From the NCBI GenBank assembly GCA_013265495.1, contig MU057521.1, positions 2,120,335-2,184,334 of the forward strand: a DNA stretch of 64,000 nucleotides, in the 5' to 3' direction. This DNA comes from Vicugna vicugna (taxonomy: Eukaryota). The notes beneath the pieces were generated by a model that did not search any database, had not been told where the DNA came from, and was given only the letters and a program-made list of their open reading frames with translations. The translations under genes were made by a program, and so were the position numbers. Below are positions 1-13,125 of this stretch, piece after piece; the first letter of the stretch is position 1; every line of letters begins with the position of its first letter.

Positions 1-12
1 ATTGACTACTTA

Positions 13-213
<201 letters not shown>

Positions 214-1096
214 TTAATTTCGGTTACCACTGACATTATCCATAGTGAAGATTACTGTGAAGAAGTTTTCACTCTAAAGCTATCAATTTAATAAAACAAA
301 ATTTAAATAAATCGATCTAAAGTAAGTTATGTTTTAAATGTACTTCATTTACTTTTTCTAGAGACCACCTTGTCAAAAGTGTTTATCCAGCTATAATCCT
401 TCTAACAGGAAGTTCATTGTTTGCTCACTCATTCAACCACCACGTATTGAAACCACAAGGTGCAGACAGAGAATTATGAATAGAAAAGGACTTCTACCTT
501 CCATGGGCTTACAGTCTAGTGGGGGAAAAGAATTCAGTTAAAAGATACTTCTTGACCACCTACTATGTGCACTGCTCGATATCAGAATATTGTAGGAGAA
601 ATCATATCCACATGGGAAGGGTAGCTGGAAATATTTTCTTTTAAATATTTATGACCTTTGGAGGAGTGAAACTAACACAGTTTGGATGACTCATGAAGTT
701 CTACTCAATTCACGACTCAACAAGGAAGCACAGGTTACATTACACAGGGCATATTCCCTTTCCAAAGGCTAGGTAATGACAAGGGGGCTCTACCTTAAAT
801 CCTGGTTTCGCCCAAGTACAGCAAGTGAACAAATCAACTCTTTGTATCTCAATTTTGCTAATGAGAAATTATACTGCTGCTTAAACAAACCAAGCTGGGT
901 TACAACTGGCAATAAAATAACAAATACACATAAAAAAACCACTAGGTGTAAACTGTGGATGGGCACACAGTGTCTGCAAAAAAATGATATGCACATGACT
1001 GATGGCAAAACTAAATAATGTTCTGTTTATTGTTATGAAAGCCTCAACTTTCACTTGAATTCTATTTGCCTATTTCAAATGTCTGCAATTATACAT

Positions 1097-1591
1097 CAGT
1101 GTTCCCTTAAGTGTGGTGGCAGATGACATGCTTTTAGGTGGTTTACAAATACTTTTTATTTAAATAATTTTTAAAATGCATTTTAGAAAAACACTACTTT
1201 TTCCATTTACAGAGACAAAAAGAAGTCTTTTAAAATAAAATTACTAAGTCCAAACAAGTGAGATGATTTAAAAGTTCAAATACAGGCAAAACAATCTATG
1301 GTGTTAGAAGTGAAGAGAGTGATTACCTCAGGGGAGGAAAGAGGCAGAGAGGGATATCCAGGTTATGATAATATTTTTTTTATCTTGGTGACGACTATAC
1401 AGGTGTACTCTGTGATAATTTATAAAGCGGAACACTTGGGTTCCTGCATGTCTTCGTACATTTATGCTATATTTGAGTAAAAAAGTTTGCTCTAAAAGTG
1501 AGTGATGTAAAGAAATATTTTAAAAATGGTACATGTATATGGAAAAATTCATGAAGATGATACACAAAGGACTCATGTTTGGGAAACACTG
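1097..1591. mobile_element. hAT-Charlie-type DNA transposon remnant interrupted by an old L1 3' fragment (about 1270-1490)
   Basis: Terminal inverted repeats CAGTGTTCCC (1097) and GGGAAACACTG (ending 1591). The internal segment resembles an L1ME 3' end. Family assignment is from recall. Confidence 0.5.
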
Positions 1592-2629
1592 GTGTAAGTA
1601 ACATAACATAAAATGAGTTCACCCATACTTTTGTACCTTTATAGGATTATGATGTCAGCTTTTACACTGTTAGGCTCACATTCCTGAAGTGAGGTGGGAA
1701 GTCGTACCTCGAAGCTAGGTGGACAACAGGTGGCCCAGGGGTTCTCTGTTCTTCATCACTGCTCTATACGACATTACTGCCTGGACCTGTTCAGTTTGAG
1801 GCCAGTATCACAGATTTGCTCTCTACATAAACCAGCTTGTTTTAGAAGGATAAACCTCTGTTTCACTCTTAGACTCTGGGTATCGTCATATCACAAACAC
1901 TAACTATCAGTCACAAAAAGGACAGTGGGAAGGAATGGCTTGGCGCAGCCAAATCACCTACTGCTGGAGCTTGAAGCTCAACTACCTCCAAATGGTGGGC
2001 TGGCAGTGCTCTCCTCACAGTGATGATGAGCTCCTACAGGACCCACACTCCCATCAAACTGCTCAATAACCCTTACTCCTCTTTTTGAGAAACAGACATA
2101 CTCCTATAAACCTAGTACGTGTCCACTGAAAACAATTCAGATGAAAGTCAAAAGAAAAATCACCCATAATCTGATCTCCTAGGCATACATTAACATTTTT
2201 ACATCAATCTGTCTACACTTCTCAGCACACACATTTATTTAACAAATGTGGACTCCTACTATACGTATTGTATAAACTGTTTTTTAATCTCTATGATATA
2301 TGTGGATGTTCTTCCATGTCAATTATAATGCAGTCCAAATTTCTTAATGGGGATGTAGACTCTATTTTCTTGAGTGCACAGTATTCTACTGCATGTTGGT
2401 GATTTACCTGATGCCCGACTGGTTCACATTTAGGTTGTTTTGCAATATATATAATAAATACACATACGCAGAGAAGACAAATACCTTTGTATAAAGATCT
2501 TCCACTGCCTCACAATAGAATTTAAGGTAATAACTCACGATATAGTGACAAGAATTCACAGTATTTTACCCTCAGTCATTGATGTGTTTTCTAAAAACCA
2601 TCAAAAAAATTATTTAAAAGTCATCTCAC

Positions 2630-2749
2630 CGGTAAAGAGATGAGGAAATTTAATAGGCAATATCACGGCCTCTTTCAGCGCTTCTTTGGCTCCTTCAAGA
2701 CCAGCAACATCGCTCCATTTCACATTCGGTCGCTCTATAACAATGGCAC
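2630..2749 (-). CDS. VPS4B: VPS4B coding exon 5
   Basis: (G)[39 protein letters not shown](G). AG at 2751-2750, GTGAG donor from 2629. 120 nt. Confidence 0.97.
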
Positions 2750-5700
2750 CTACAAAGAATTATGTCATCTTTAGATTAAGGAGGACTAGGCAATCAAATT
2801 TAGAAGACATGGAATACTGATTTTAAAGAAATGCATTATACATTTGTCTGGAAAAGTTTCACGCATTAAAAATATTTTTGAAATAGTGTGATGAGGAAGT
2901 AGTTGTTGGGGAGCAGCCTGCAGGGGTCAGGACAGGGTGGCTGGCTAGACAATCTAGGGTAAAGTCACTCCACTTCCTCATTGTGAAAAAAAAAGTAATA
3001 CCACTTGCCCAAACTACTCAGACGAGTTAGTGTAAAGATCAAGTGACATCATGGATATTAGAATGCTTGGAAAAGCACCAAACATTACATCAAGTAGCTA
3101 CAATGTTTGAATACACTAATTATGAAATACCTCCTATTTTTCCTTAAAAGAACTGGTGCTCTAATGCTTTTCTTAACCACAGAAAGAAAAAATACTTAAC
3201 AACTATAACTAAAGATAGGCAGAGGGATGGGTAAGTAGATAGAAGCAAGGAGGGGAGGGAGGGGAGAGGAGCAGGGAAAGGGAAGGGGGTGATGGAGAAG
3301 AGAAAGTGGACTCTTACAGATTTGCAATACTTTCCTGAGATTTGCCAGATTTTGTATTTGGCTTCTAAATAGACCTATTTACAGTTTTTGTACATTAACA
3401 ATGTTATTTAAAAGATTTAGTTTTTGAATACAATGTATTCAAAAGTCACAGCAAACTACTGCAGTACAAGTACACAAAAGATTTACTATAGCTTACTGGC
3501 AAAACTTTCTAATTACCTTTTATCAAAAAAGCTTTTCCAATTTTCTACTATATAGAAATTGTTCAACTACAAATTATTAAGTAGCCTGTTCTAGGGTGAC
3601 GTGTAGTTGTTTTGGCTTTTTGGTTTTTTTTTTTTTTCTTTTTTTGGATGTATAATTGTTTTAAGTTTATCACTACTTACACAATCAACTAATTATCTAT
3701 AAAATTAGTTTTACGGGTATCTTCTTCTCTTATGAAAGATCATCTATCGTTATTCTAAGAGTGCTAATACTCTGCAACTTACTTTCCTAAATTATGAAAA
3801 TCTTTAGTTGTACATTAAAATTAGACGAAACCATAAACATTTTTTGCAGTCTAAGAGTTCAGATGAAGTATAAATTAAGAAAAAAGCTAATTTGCTTTTT
3901 CTTTTAGATTACATGAGAAATATACATGAGAAAATACTACATTTTCTGATAGGATTTTGTGTCAGTTAAATGAAAGTAAATTTATATATAAGCATCAGCT
4001 AGTCAACTGAAGTTTTCTGTCATGAATTTTTCTAAATATGTCATATTTTAACTTCACATTTAATTAATATTTTTCTCCTTAAAGTTTAAACTAGGTGACT
4101 TTGGAATGTTTAGTGATAAAAGATTATTTAGCTAAAAGTAAAATTAATTATTAGACACTGATTAATGGTTTGCAAAATTAAAAGGAAATAAAAATTTTAT
4201 TTGGAAAATAAAAGCCAAGCAATTTGATTGTTCCAATTATAAAAATTTAGTCAGTCTTTGTTTACATATTATTATACTAAAATTTAACCTCAAAGTCACT
4301 GCATATCAAAATTAGCTAACAGAAAACTCAAATCATAAACTCTTTAATTTTAATTAATCAAAACTTACACTTTATGTCATAACCTAAAACAGAAGTAAAA
4401 GATTTAGAAAACTGTTTCAGGAAAAAAGAGGAAAGATTCAAAAAAGGATATTATACAATGAAATCCATCAGCAAACCAAGAAACTAAAAGATGGAAAAAA
4501 AGGATTCTCAGGTATGAAAGGCTAAGAATCCTTTCAAATTCAAATTCATCCTGAAATTCCAAATAAATTTCCTGACTTAAATATTTTAAGCGTTTGTATT
4601 TTTATACATTTCTGGGCCTTGTCATAACTTGATAGGGAATTTAAAGAAAAATTCCCTATTAAAAATTGGATTGTATCTTTTTCAAAAGTAAAGAGAACAA
4701 TCCAATTTTCACTTTGGAGGGGATGGAGCCAGAAAGAGGGGGCACAAAATCAAAAAGAACAAATAGAAAAAAACTTTTTGCCACACAAGTAAGATAAAGC
4801 CACTTGGCACAGACCACGGGGCTGCTCCCCCACAAAAAATTACTGAGGATGAAGTGTGCCCACACTACTCCAGGCAGTGGAGTTACTGCCTGGACTACAC
4901 CCAGAAACCCAGTTACTGCCCTTGGACTACACCCACCACTGAAGTTCTCAGCAGGTAAAATTATCCCTGTTAATGGTAGTGTTTTCAAGATACTATCATT
5001 ACAGTATACCTCTATACCTCCCAATAGGGTGGGTAAGACAGAAGCATTACCAAAACAGAGAGACTAGAATAGCAAGGCTAAGGATCTGGCCAAGCTGAGT
5101 GTGCTCACCACTCACTAAGGCTGAAGACTATATGATAGATGTCCTTTCCAGTTACGCATTCTATTCGGCAAGGTTCAAATGAATAAAATACATATTACCA
5201 ATGATTGAGCATAAAATCCAACTTGAAAAATCATTAGCTACCATATCAAGGAACAATCAAACCTCAGTAACTAAAGCAGCAGCAATTAAATAGGTATCTT
5301 TTTAGATACACAGAGCTACTATTAACTGAGTCCTGAGAATTTCTCAGAATATTAAGCAGTTTTTACATTGTCATTAATCTTTTAGCAGCCCTGAAAGGAA
5401 AGTACTCTTAATTTCCATTTTAGAGTTGGGGGTCTCAGAATCTTAGAGGTTAGGGAACTTGTCCAAGATGAGGCAGATTTAAGTAGCAGACCCCAGGGTG
5501 GAATCCAGAGCTGAATGGAGCTGATACCTATGCCCCCTCCATCACGCCACGACACTACAGCAGAAAACAAAAGTGCTTTTAAAGGTGTGGAAGTTAAAAA
5601 ACTGAAGGCAGAGAGAGAGAAATGTAAATGGGAACACTTAAAGTAGGATCAAAAAGCAGATGAGGAAGACCAGGTAGAAAACATGAAATAAACCATCAAT

Positions 5701-6122
5701 GAATGAGCTCCAGCAATAGCAGTAAAAGTCAAGTGTGAGCCCTAATTCATTCTGTTCCTCTTGACAGGAAATTTTAATACCATCAGATTTTATAGGGTGC
5801 TAATAGTATAACTGCTACCCTCTCTGAAAAGGGGAAAATAAGACAAAAAAATCAAAGAGAGTAAGCTTTTCAAGGCCAAAATAAAACTAAACAATATTTC
5901 TACTGCATGGAAAAAACCAACCCATTAGGGACTCTATGGAGCAAACACTATAAAAATGGTCTCAACAAAGCCAGCACATGACCACTGGGAACCAAAGCCA
6001 GTTCTTGAACCTCCTTTAAATACAGGGGGTTGGGGGTGGGGAAACAATTCAAACAGACAATTCACTGTGAGTTTTTCTTTTTTTAATAAGATAGTAAATT
6101 TAAAAATGAAATCTAAAGCAAC

Positions 6123-6190
6123 CTTGAAGTTGATTCTGTAGTTTCTTTTTTTCAGGATCATCAGATTCTCCTTCCCCATCACTGTCATTC
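6123..6190 (-). CDS. VPS4B: VPS4B coding exon 4 (acidic linker)
   Basis: (G)[22 protein letters not shown](G). AG at 6192-6191 after a polypyrimidine tract, GT donor at 6122-6121. 68 nt keeps the frame. Confidence 0.95.
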
Positions 6191-6351
6191 CTAATAAAAA
6201 GAATTTAATATATGCAAATGATCACTCATTGCTATCAAAATAAGGCAAAAATGAAGGAATGATTAATCTGAAATATCTGTAATTTAAATGGCAAAATAAG
6301 ACATACACATTAAAAGTTATTATTTTATTACTTTTAAGAGTATAAAGGAAA

Positions 6352-6500
6352 CTATTCAATATCTTGCAATGACCTTTAATGAAAAAAGAATATGAAAATG
6401 AATATATGTATGTATATGCATGACCGGGACATTGCGCTGTACACCAGAAATTAACATATTGTAACTGACTATACTTCAATAAAAAAATTTTTTTATAAAA
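6352..6500 (+). mobile_element. 5'-truncated lineage-specific L1 3' end
   Basis: ...GAATATATGTATGTATATGCATGACCGGGACATTGCGCTGTACACCAGAAATT...CTATACTTCAATAAAAAA. Near-identical copies lie at about 30463-30580 and 43423-43525. Confidence 0.8.
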
Positions 6501-7319
6501 AGAGTATATTACACAAAATAGTAGCAGTCATATTGGCATCAATATGGAATCATGAACAGGAAGGGGACAAAAAGACCAGGATGAAGTCAGGAACTAGCTC
6601 CTAATTCCCATGACATACCTATGCATGCATTAACTCATAAATGACCCACACCTCATTCTACAAAAGATTTAAGATGAATTACATGAGTGTTGTAAACAAC
6701 TACAACAAACAAATCAGGACCAGACAAAACTATATATTAGAAAAAGAAGCCATTAACTAGAAGGAAAAAACCCAGAATATTAACTCTTTAAGGTACAAAG
6801 GTCAACAACCCTCAGTCTGAGGGTTCTGAAGGATGGATGAAGCTTCTAATGAAAATGAACTGACCCCGAAGAACAAGGAGATCAACCCAGTCATTTCACA
6901 ACCAGGGATTTATTCTGAGGAAATGATCAGAGTTCAGGATATGACTACACGGATAATCATGCCCTTATTCTTCACAATAGGGAAAAAATTAGAAATAATT
7001 TATGTTCAATTGTAAGGATTAGTATGTAATAGAATACATTGCAGTCTTTAAAAATGATGTAGAAATAGTTTGCTGGAAAGATGTTCAAGATGTTTAGTGA
7101 CAAAGTGATAAAGCAAAAAATACGGCATTACATCATTTTTCACATATAAGATATAAGGGGGAATAAAAAGCTTGACAGGTATGACCTCAAGATGGGATGG
7201 CTTGGTTATCACAGGATGGTGGTGTTATTTACAGGTGAAGTGGAATCTGCTAACTAATTCAGCTAACACTCATGCCAACCTCCTTCTCCCATGCTTTCTT
7301 GTGAAGGATGTACCTAATT

Positions 7320-7640
7320 GCCCTTCCTAGGCGCCCCTGCAGCTAGGGCTCCACAAGTGACCAAAGTCCTCCTAGAAGGTGCAAGCAAGCCACTGAGGTG
7401 CGGGCTGCCCACAAGGGGACGCAGCTGTAGATGAAACCACTGGCTTTGCTGAGGGTGCCATGGCAGGTTCTCCTGCCCGCTCTCTGGCACTGGACGTGCT
7501 TGGTGAGGGAGCAGGCAGCAGCGGTATCTGCTAGAACAACCCTGGTGGAGTGGGGCATCGCTCCCAGCTGTATGGCATCCAAATTGTATGTTGTCACCTG
7601 GAACCACTTCTGGCACCATGAAAAGAATGATCAGATGACG
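7320..7640. mobile_element. Old ERVL-type LTR fragment (LTR33/LTR16-like)
   Basis: GC-rich island in an AT-rich intron, with motifs CCCTGCAGCTAGGG and TGGGGCATCGCTCCCAGCTGTATGGCATCCAA resembling an LTR33-type consensus as recalled. Confidence 0.45.
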
Positions 7641-8100
7641 TGAATAGACTGTTACCACTGCTCAGCACAGAGCTTGGCATGCATACGTTAGGTGCTGAAT
7701 ATACAAGTTCTGCTTCTGTAAGTGATATATCTCCCGTCTAGGAAGACATTTCAGAAATGGGTTTTGATGTTTATAAATTATGCTGTGTTGTTTTCTTTAC
7801 AATGACAAAATAAAGCAAATTCGATGCAAATCCCCCCAAAAAACTTTACATATGATATCCAAAAAATTACTTACATTATTAATTTTTCATTTTGTGCATG
7901 TGCTCAGTACTGACTAAGAGCCAATACCACTAGTCAAAGATTCAATTCACATATCACTTCCGTAATTTTAAACTTTAATACTACATAATAGCCAGAGGGT
8001 AAAGAACTGAGTACCATTCCTACCAAATGTTTTTTCTACTACTACCACCAAGCAGTCACGGAGAGCAATCTGAGTTCTATCATCCCCTGAGCTTGGTAAA

Positions 8101-8325
8101 CAGGAGATTGACAAACTTTTTCTGAAAAGGACCAGACAGTAAATATTTAAGCTTTGTCACCCACACAGCCTCTTGTCACAACTACTCAGCTTTGCTGGGG
8201 CAGAACAAAAGCGGCCACTGACCACAGGTGCATGAATGGACGAGGCTGTGTTCCGATAAAACTCTAGTTAAGAAAATAGGCAGCAGGTCAGATTTGGCCC
8301 ATGAGTCACGGTTTGCCAACACCTA
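8101..8325. mobile_element. MER58A-like hAT DNA transposon
   Basis: Starts CAGGAGATTGACAAACTTTTTCTGAAAAGGACCAGACAGTAAATATTT and ends GGTTTGCCAACACCT (imperfect TIRs). About 220 bp. Confidence 0.8.
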
Positions 8326-8414
8326 GTTTAAACAAAAGGAATTTACTTCACAAATTAAATTTAACTTTATCTTGTAATGTGATACAATTCGATCTCACCA
8401 GGTAAAATACATAC

Positions 8415-8571
8415 CCCTTCTCGTCAGCTGGACTCGGCTGTCCCTCCTTCACTGGCTTCTGTGGTTTTTTCTCTTTCTTCTTCAGGTACTCCTTTAGTTT
8501 TTCTGCTCTATCAAGATATTCTGTACATTTTGCCCTGATACTCTGCTTGGCTTTATCGCCCTGTGCTTCAT
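8415..8571 (-). CDS. VPS4B: VPS4B coding exon 3 (MIT domain C-terminal part)
   Basis: (Y)[51 protein letters not shown](G). AG at 8573-8572, GTATGT donor from 8414. 157 nt. Confidence 0.97.
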
Positions 8572-9846
8572 CTATTAAGGGGCAAAGAGAGATTTTTTCC
8601 ATTAGTATTCTACACAGACAGGTTTAAACTCATAGATACACTTTTCAACAAGGAAAATCTATTTTGGGGGAGAGAGAAAAGATCATCTCTAGCTTATGGG
8701 AACCAATGATGATTAACCTTTTCTACTCCTTCCTCCAACACAGCTGGATGCCAATGGTGATGTGAGTCAGAAAGAGATCTGAACAAGACACTAGGATGTT
8801 TTAAGTTAATGTTAAATAATAATAAAAATTATTTAATATTCTGTGGGTTTCATATTCTTCCTTTACATTCTGGGCAGATAGCTGAAAGCTGCTTGTCTCA
8901 CAAAACCAGTCAAAAGACAAACAGAAATAAAGAAATGTTAACCATTTCCATTAATGTCTACATAAGCTTGATTTCAGAGTATAAAAAGTGATAGAAATCC
9001 CATATGTCAGGTGTATCATATATATAGTAATTTTACTAAATAAAGGCCCCAGGGAGGCAAAAGGAGACTTCAGGGACATATGCAGTGCACGGCATTGGCC
9101 CCACCTTATACGTTATGATTCATTCTCAGCTGCACTTTAATTTGACAGAAAAACCTCGGCATTAAATGGGGAAGCTCGAAAGAAAATACTAAATTATCCA
9201 ATTGCTAAGATTTTTATTTAAAAATAACTAAGTTTGACAGAAAGACACTTTTTAAATGTCTTATTTCACTTATGTTCAGCATTAGGTTTAAAATCCACAA
9301 AGGCAGCCATTTCTTCCTTACTGTTGAATCCCAGTACCCAGAACAGTGTCTGGCATACGGGAAACATTAAGTACAAGTGTCCCCCAACCTATTTTTAAAA
9401 CAGATTATTCTCAATGAGATGGTTAGAAAATGAGTAGGTTCAGATTACATAATTTGGGTATATTACTAGCAAAATAAAAACTTACTTCCATTGACTATAT
9501 GGCATTTTAATACGTTTAGGTGTCAAAGCTGTGCACACTTGTGGGCTGAGTACTTAAAAACTACTAACAGGCTAGTGGGACTTTTTTGCTAATGGTGATT
9601 TCTAATTTTCTGGCATTGTATTTCAATTTTTTTGGCAGTTATATTGCTGATTTATTCTCTCCATATTTCAAAAGAATTTCAAAATAATAAAATAATTTTG
9701 TACACCATATAATTCAGGATACAGTTGGGCTGAGGGCACCACTTTATTTTTCACTAAGTAGACATATTTCAATTTTTATAAATGAAATAGAACAATCTTT
9801 TCTTCTAGTGCTTTTAAATAAATAAACAAACGAACTATGACCTTAC

Positions 9847-9958
9847 ATTTAACTACATGGAGAAAATACTGTACAGCATGTTGGTAGAGCTGAAGGGCTT
9901 CCTCATAGTTCCCAGCTTTGTCTTCCTGGGCTGCTTTGCTAGCAAGATCTATCGCTTT
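9847..9958 (-). CDS. VPS4B: VPS4B coding exon 2 (MIT domain)
   Basis: [37 protein letters not shown](Y). AG at 9960-9959, GTAAG donor from 9846. 112 nt. Confidence 0.97.
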
Positions 9959-10808
9959 CTGTTTGAAGGGAGGCAAAATCACACTATCAAAATCAAAACA
10001 TAGTGTAAGCTTGAAGTAAATAATCATACTGCAAGTTTTCTTGAAAAATAAAAGCAACCTTAAAACAAAGCTATCCTTTTTTCTAAATCACAACTGCGTT
10101 GTATTGTAAATTGTAACTACACAAATTACATTCATTATATGGGTAAAAGCTATGTGAACACTGCTTTACCTAGTACCAATCACTAAGATTCTCAAACAAT
10201 TTTTCACTCAACAAAAGTCAAACTCAAGGTTATTAAGGAATAATTGAATTACATGAAAATTCAAGTTAAAAGCATTTATGGAAATTCTCAAAATCAAATG
10301 CTGCTATATCTAAAGCATGTAACAATAGTAAAATGTAAATGGTGTAAATCCTTTCAGAAGCAATGGGGCAATGAAAATATCAAGAATCTGAAAAACACTC
10401 AAATCTTTTAACCCAGTAATTAACTAAGTGGTTTACCAAGCAAAGACAATAACCAGAGAGGTCTTAAAAAACAAAAAACAAAACATGGAAACTTAAATTT
10501 TAAACAGCAGAAAGATACTACACAATATAATATCATAGAATTGTTAAAATAAAGTAACATTAGTGATAACATGGAAAAAGTATTTATAATGGAAGTTTTT
10601 AAAAAGCACAATACAATTTTTATATATAGCACAAGAGTGAGTATTTGAAACAATAGCAAATAGCACAGGAAAAAGATGAGAAGAAAATTTAACACAGCTT
10701 ATCTTTGATAAAACTTAAGTTTTTCCAATTTTTACTTTTTCACATCTTCCAAAAATGTCCATAATTAATAAGAGCAACAGCTGCAGTATTAAAAACAAAA
10801 CAAAAAGG

Positions 10809-11045
10809 GATAGACTGGGATTTCAAAATTGTAGAATAGATAAACAAGATTACACTGTATAGCACAGGGAAATATACACAAAATGTTATAACTCACAGAG
10901 AAAAAAATGTGACAATGAGTGTGTATATGTCCATGAATGACTGAAAAATTGTGCTGAACACTGGAATTTGACACAACACTGTAAAATGATTATGAATCAA
11001 TAAAAAATGTTAAAAACAAACAAACAAACAAAAAAATACAAAACA
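10809..11045 (+). mobile_element. Young lineage-specific L1 3' end with A-rich tail
   Basis: GATAGACTGGGATTTCAAAATTGTAGAATAGATAAACAAG...AATAAAAAATGTTAAAAACAAACAAAC. Closely matches the reverse-orientation copy at 41826-42262. Confidence 0.85.
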
Positions 11046-11419
11046 AAACTAACTCTCAGAAATAGAGCCATATAAGTACGTCCAACTGAATTTTGACCAA
11101 GACACAGAAAAGCAAGTTCATAGAGGAAAGATGTAGGCTTTTTAAGAAATGGTGCCAGAGCAACTGACCATCCATAAGCCAAAAAAAAAACCAGGGAGAA
11201 TACTCAAACTAAACTTCACAGTTTATACAAAATTTACTCAAAAGGGATCACTAACTTAAATATAAAATATAAAACTATAAAATCTTTAGAAAAACAAAGA
11301 ATATCTTCACAATCAAGGGCTAGGCAAAGAATTCTTAGACTGGACACCAAAAGCACTATATATATAAAGCATATACATGTACATGTATATATGTGTACAT
11401 ATATTTGTATATATACACA

Positions 11420-13125
11420 TAATGAAATCAGTATGATGTTGGCTTGAAAACAGATACATAATCAATGGAACAGAAGAGAGCGCCCCAAAATAAACCAACA
11501 CATATATGGTCAATTAATTTACCACAAAGGAGTACAAAATGTACAATGGGGAAAAAGACAGTCTCTTCAATAAACAGCACTGGGAAAACTGGATAGGCCT
11601 ATATAAAAGAATGAAAACAGGCCACTATCTTACACCATACACAAAAATTAACTCAAAATGGATTAAAGATTTGAATCTAAGACCTAAAACCATAAAACTT
11701 ACTCCTAGAAGAAAACATAGGTGGTAAGCTCCTTGACACTGGTCTTGGTGGTAATTTTCCAGACTTGATACCACAAGCAAGGCAACAAAAGCAAAAATAA
11801 GTAAGTGCAACTACATCAAACAAAAAAGCTTCTGCACAGCAAAGGAAAGAATCAACAGAATGAAAAGGTAACCCACTGAATGGGAGAAAATACTTGCAAA
11901 TCATATATATCTGATAAGGGGTTAGTTAATAATCAGAAAACATAAAAAACTCATACAACTCAATAGCAAAAAACCCCAAACAATTTGATCAAAAAATGGG
12001 CAGAGGATTTGAAAAAACACTTTTCAAAAGACATACAGATGGCCAACAGGTACATGAAAAGGTGCTCAACGTGACTAATCATCAGGTCATGCAGATCAAA
12101 ACAATTAGATCCTCACACCCATCAGAATGGTCATTATCAAAAAGACAAGAAATAACAAGAATTAAGGAGGGAGGGTGTAGCTCAAGTGGTAGAGCACATG
12201 CTCAGCATACACAAGGTCCTGGGTTCAATCCCCAGTCCCTCCTCTAATACCAACCAACCAACCTAATTACCCCTCCCACCCCAAAGAAAAGTATCGGTGA
12301 ATATGCAGAGTACAGGGAACCCTTTAACTGTTACAGTCACTATGGAAAACAGTATGGAGGTTCCCCCCAAAATTAAAAATAGAACTACCATATGATCTAG
12401 CATGTCCACTCCTGGGTATTTAACTGAAGAAAATGAAAATACTAACTTGAAAAGCTATCTGCACCCCCATGTTCACTGCAGCATTATTTACAATAGCTAA
12501 GACATGGAAACAACCTAGTTCCATAGATAGATGAATAGATAAAGAAAAAAATAAATATATATGAAATATTTAGCCATAAAAAAGGAAATCTTGCCATTTG
12601 CAAAAACATGGATGGAACTTGAGGGCACTATGCCAAGTGAAGTACGTCAGACCAAGAAAGACAAAAACCATATGATAACACTTATATGTAGATTGTTAAA
12701 AAAAAAAAAACAACTCCAAAAAGCAAAAACAAAAAATGAGATCATAGAGAACAGATTGGTGATTGCCAGAGGTCAGGACTGGATGAAATAGGCGAAGGAG
12801 GTCCAAAAGGTACAAACTTCTATTTATAAAATAAGTAAGTTATGGGGATGTGATGTACAGTATGGTGACTACAATTAGTAATGCTGTATTGCATATTTTT
12901 GAAAGTTGGTAAGAGAGTAAATCTTGAAAGTTCTTACCACAGAAAAAAAATCTGTAACTATGTATGGTGAATAGACTAACTAACGTTAACTAGACTTACT
13001 GAGGTGATCGTTTCACAATATATACAAACAGTGAATCATGTTGTACATCTGAAACTAATATAATGTTATATGCCAATTACACCTCAAACCAAAAAAAAAG
13101 AAAGAAAGAAAGAAAGAAAGAAAGA
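11420..13125 (+). mobile_element. L1 (L1MA-type) ORF2 3' part plus 3' UTR and (AAAG)n tail
   Basis: ORF fragments [15 protein letters not shown]...[24 protein letters not shown] and EILPFAKTWMELEG are typical L1 ORF2/3' peptides. Frameshifted, so non-functional. Confidence 0.9.
12166..12290 (+). mobile_element. tRNA-derived camelid SINE (vic-1-like), nested in L1
   Basis: A box TAGCTCAAGTGGTAGAGC, B box GGTTCAATCCC and tail CCTAATTACCCCTCCC. Interrupts L1 sequence. Confidence 0.85.

Noticed and set aside
7314..7658. Overlapping 70-114 aa ORFs in a GC-rich intronic patch
   Set aside because: No recognisable protein. The sequence resembles an old ERVL LTR.
12166..12240. tRNA-like sequence (also at 26.8, 45.9, 47.9 and 49.0 kb)
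   Set aside because: These have SINE tails, divergence between copies and, in some, TSDs. They are SINE heads, not tRNA genes.
11539..12791. ORFs with L1 ORF2-like peptides
   Set aside because: Fragmented, frameshifted retrotransposon remnants rather than host genes.
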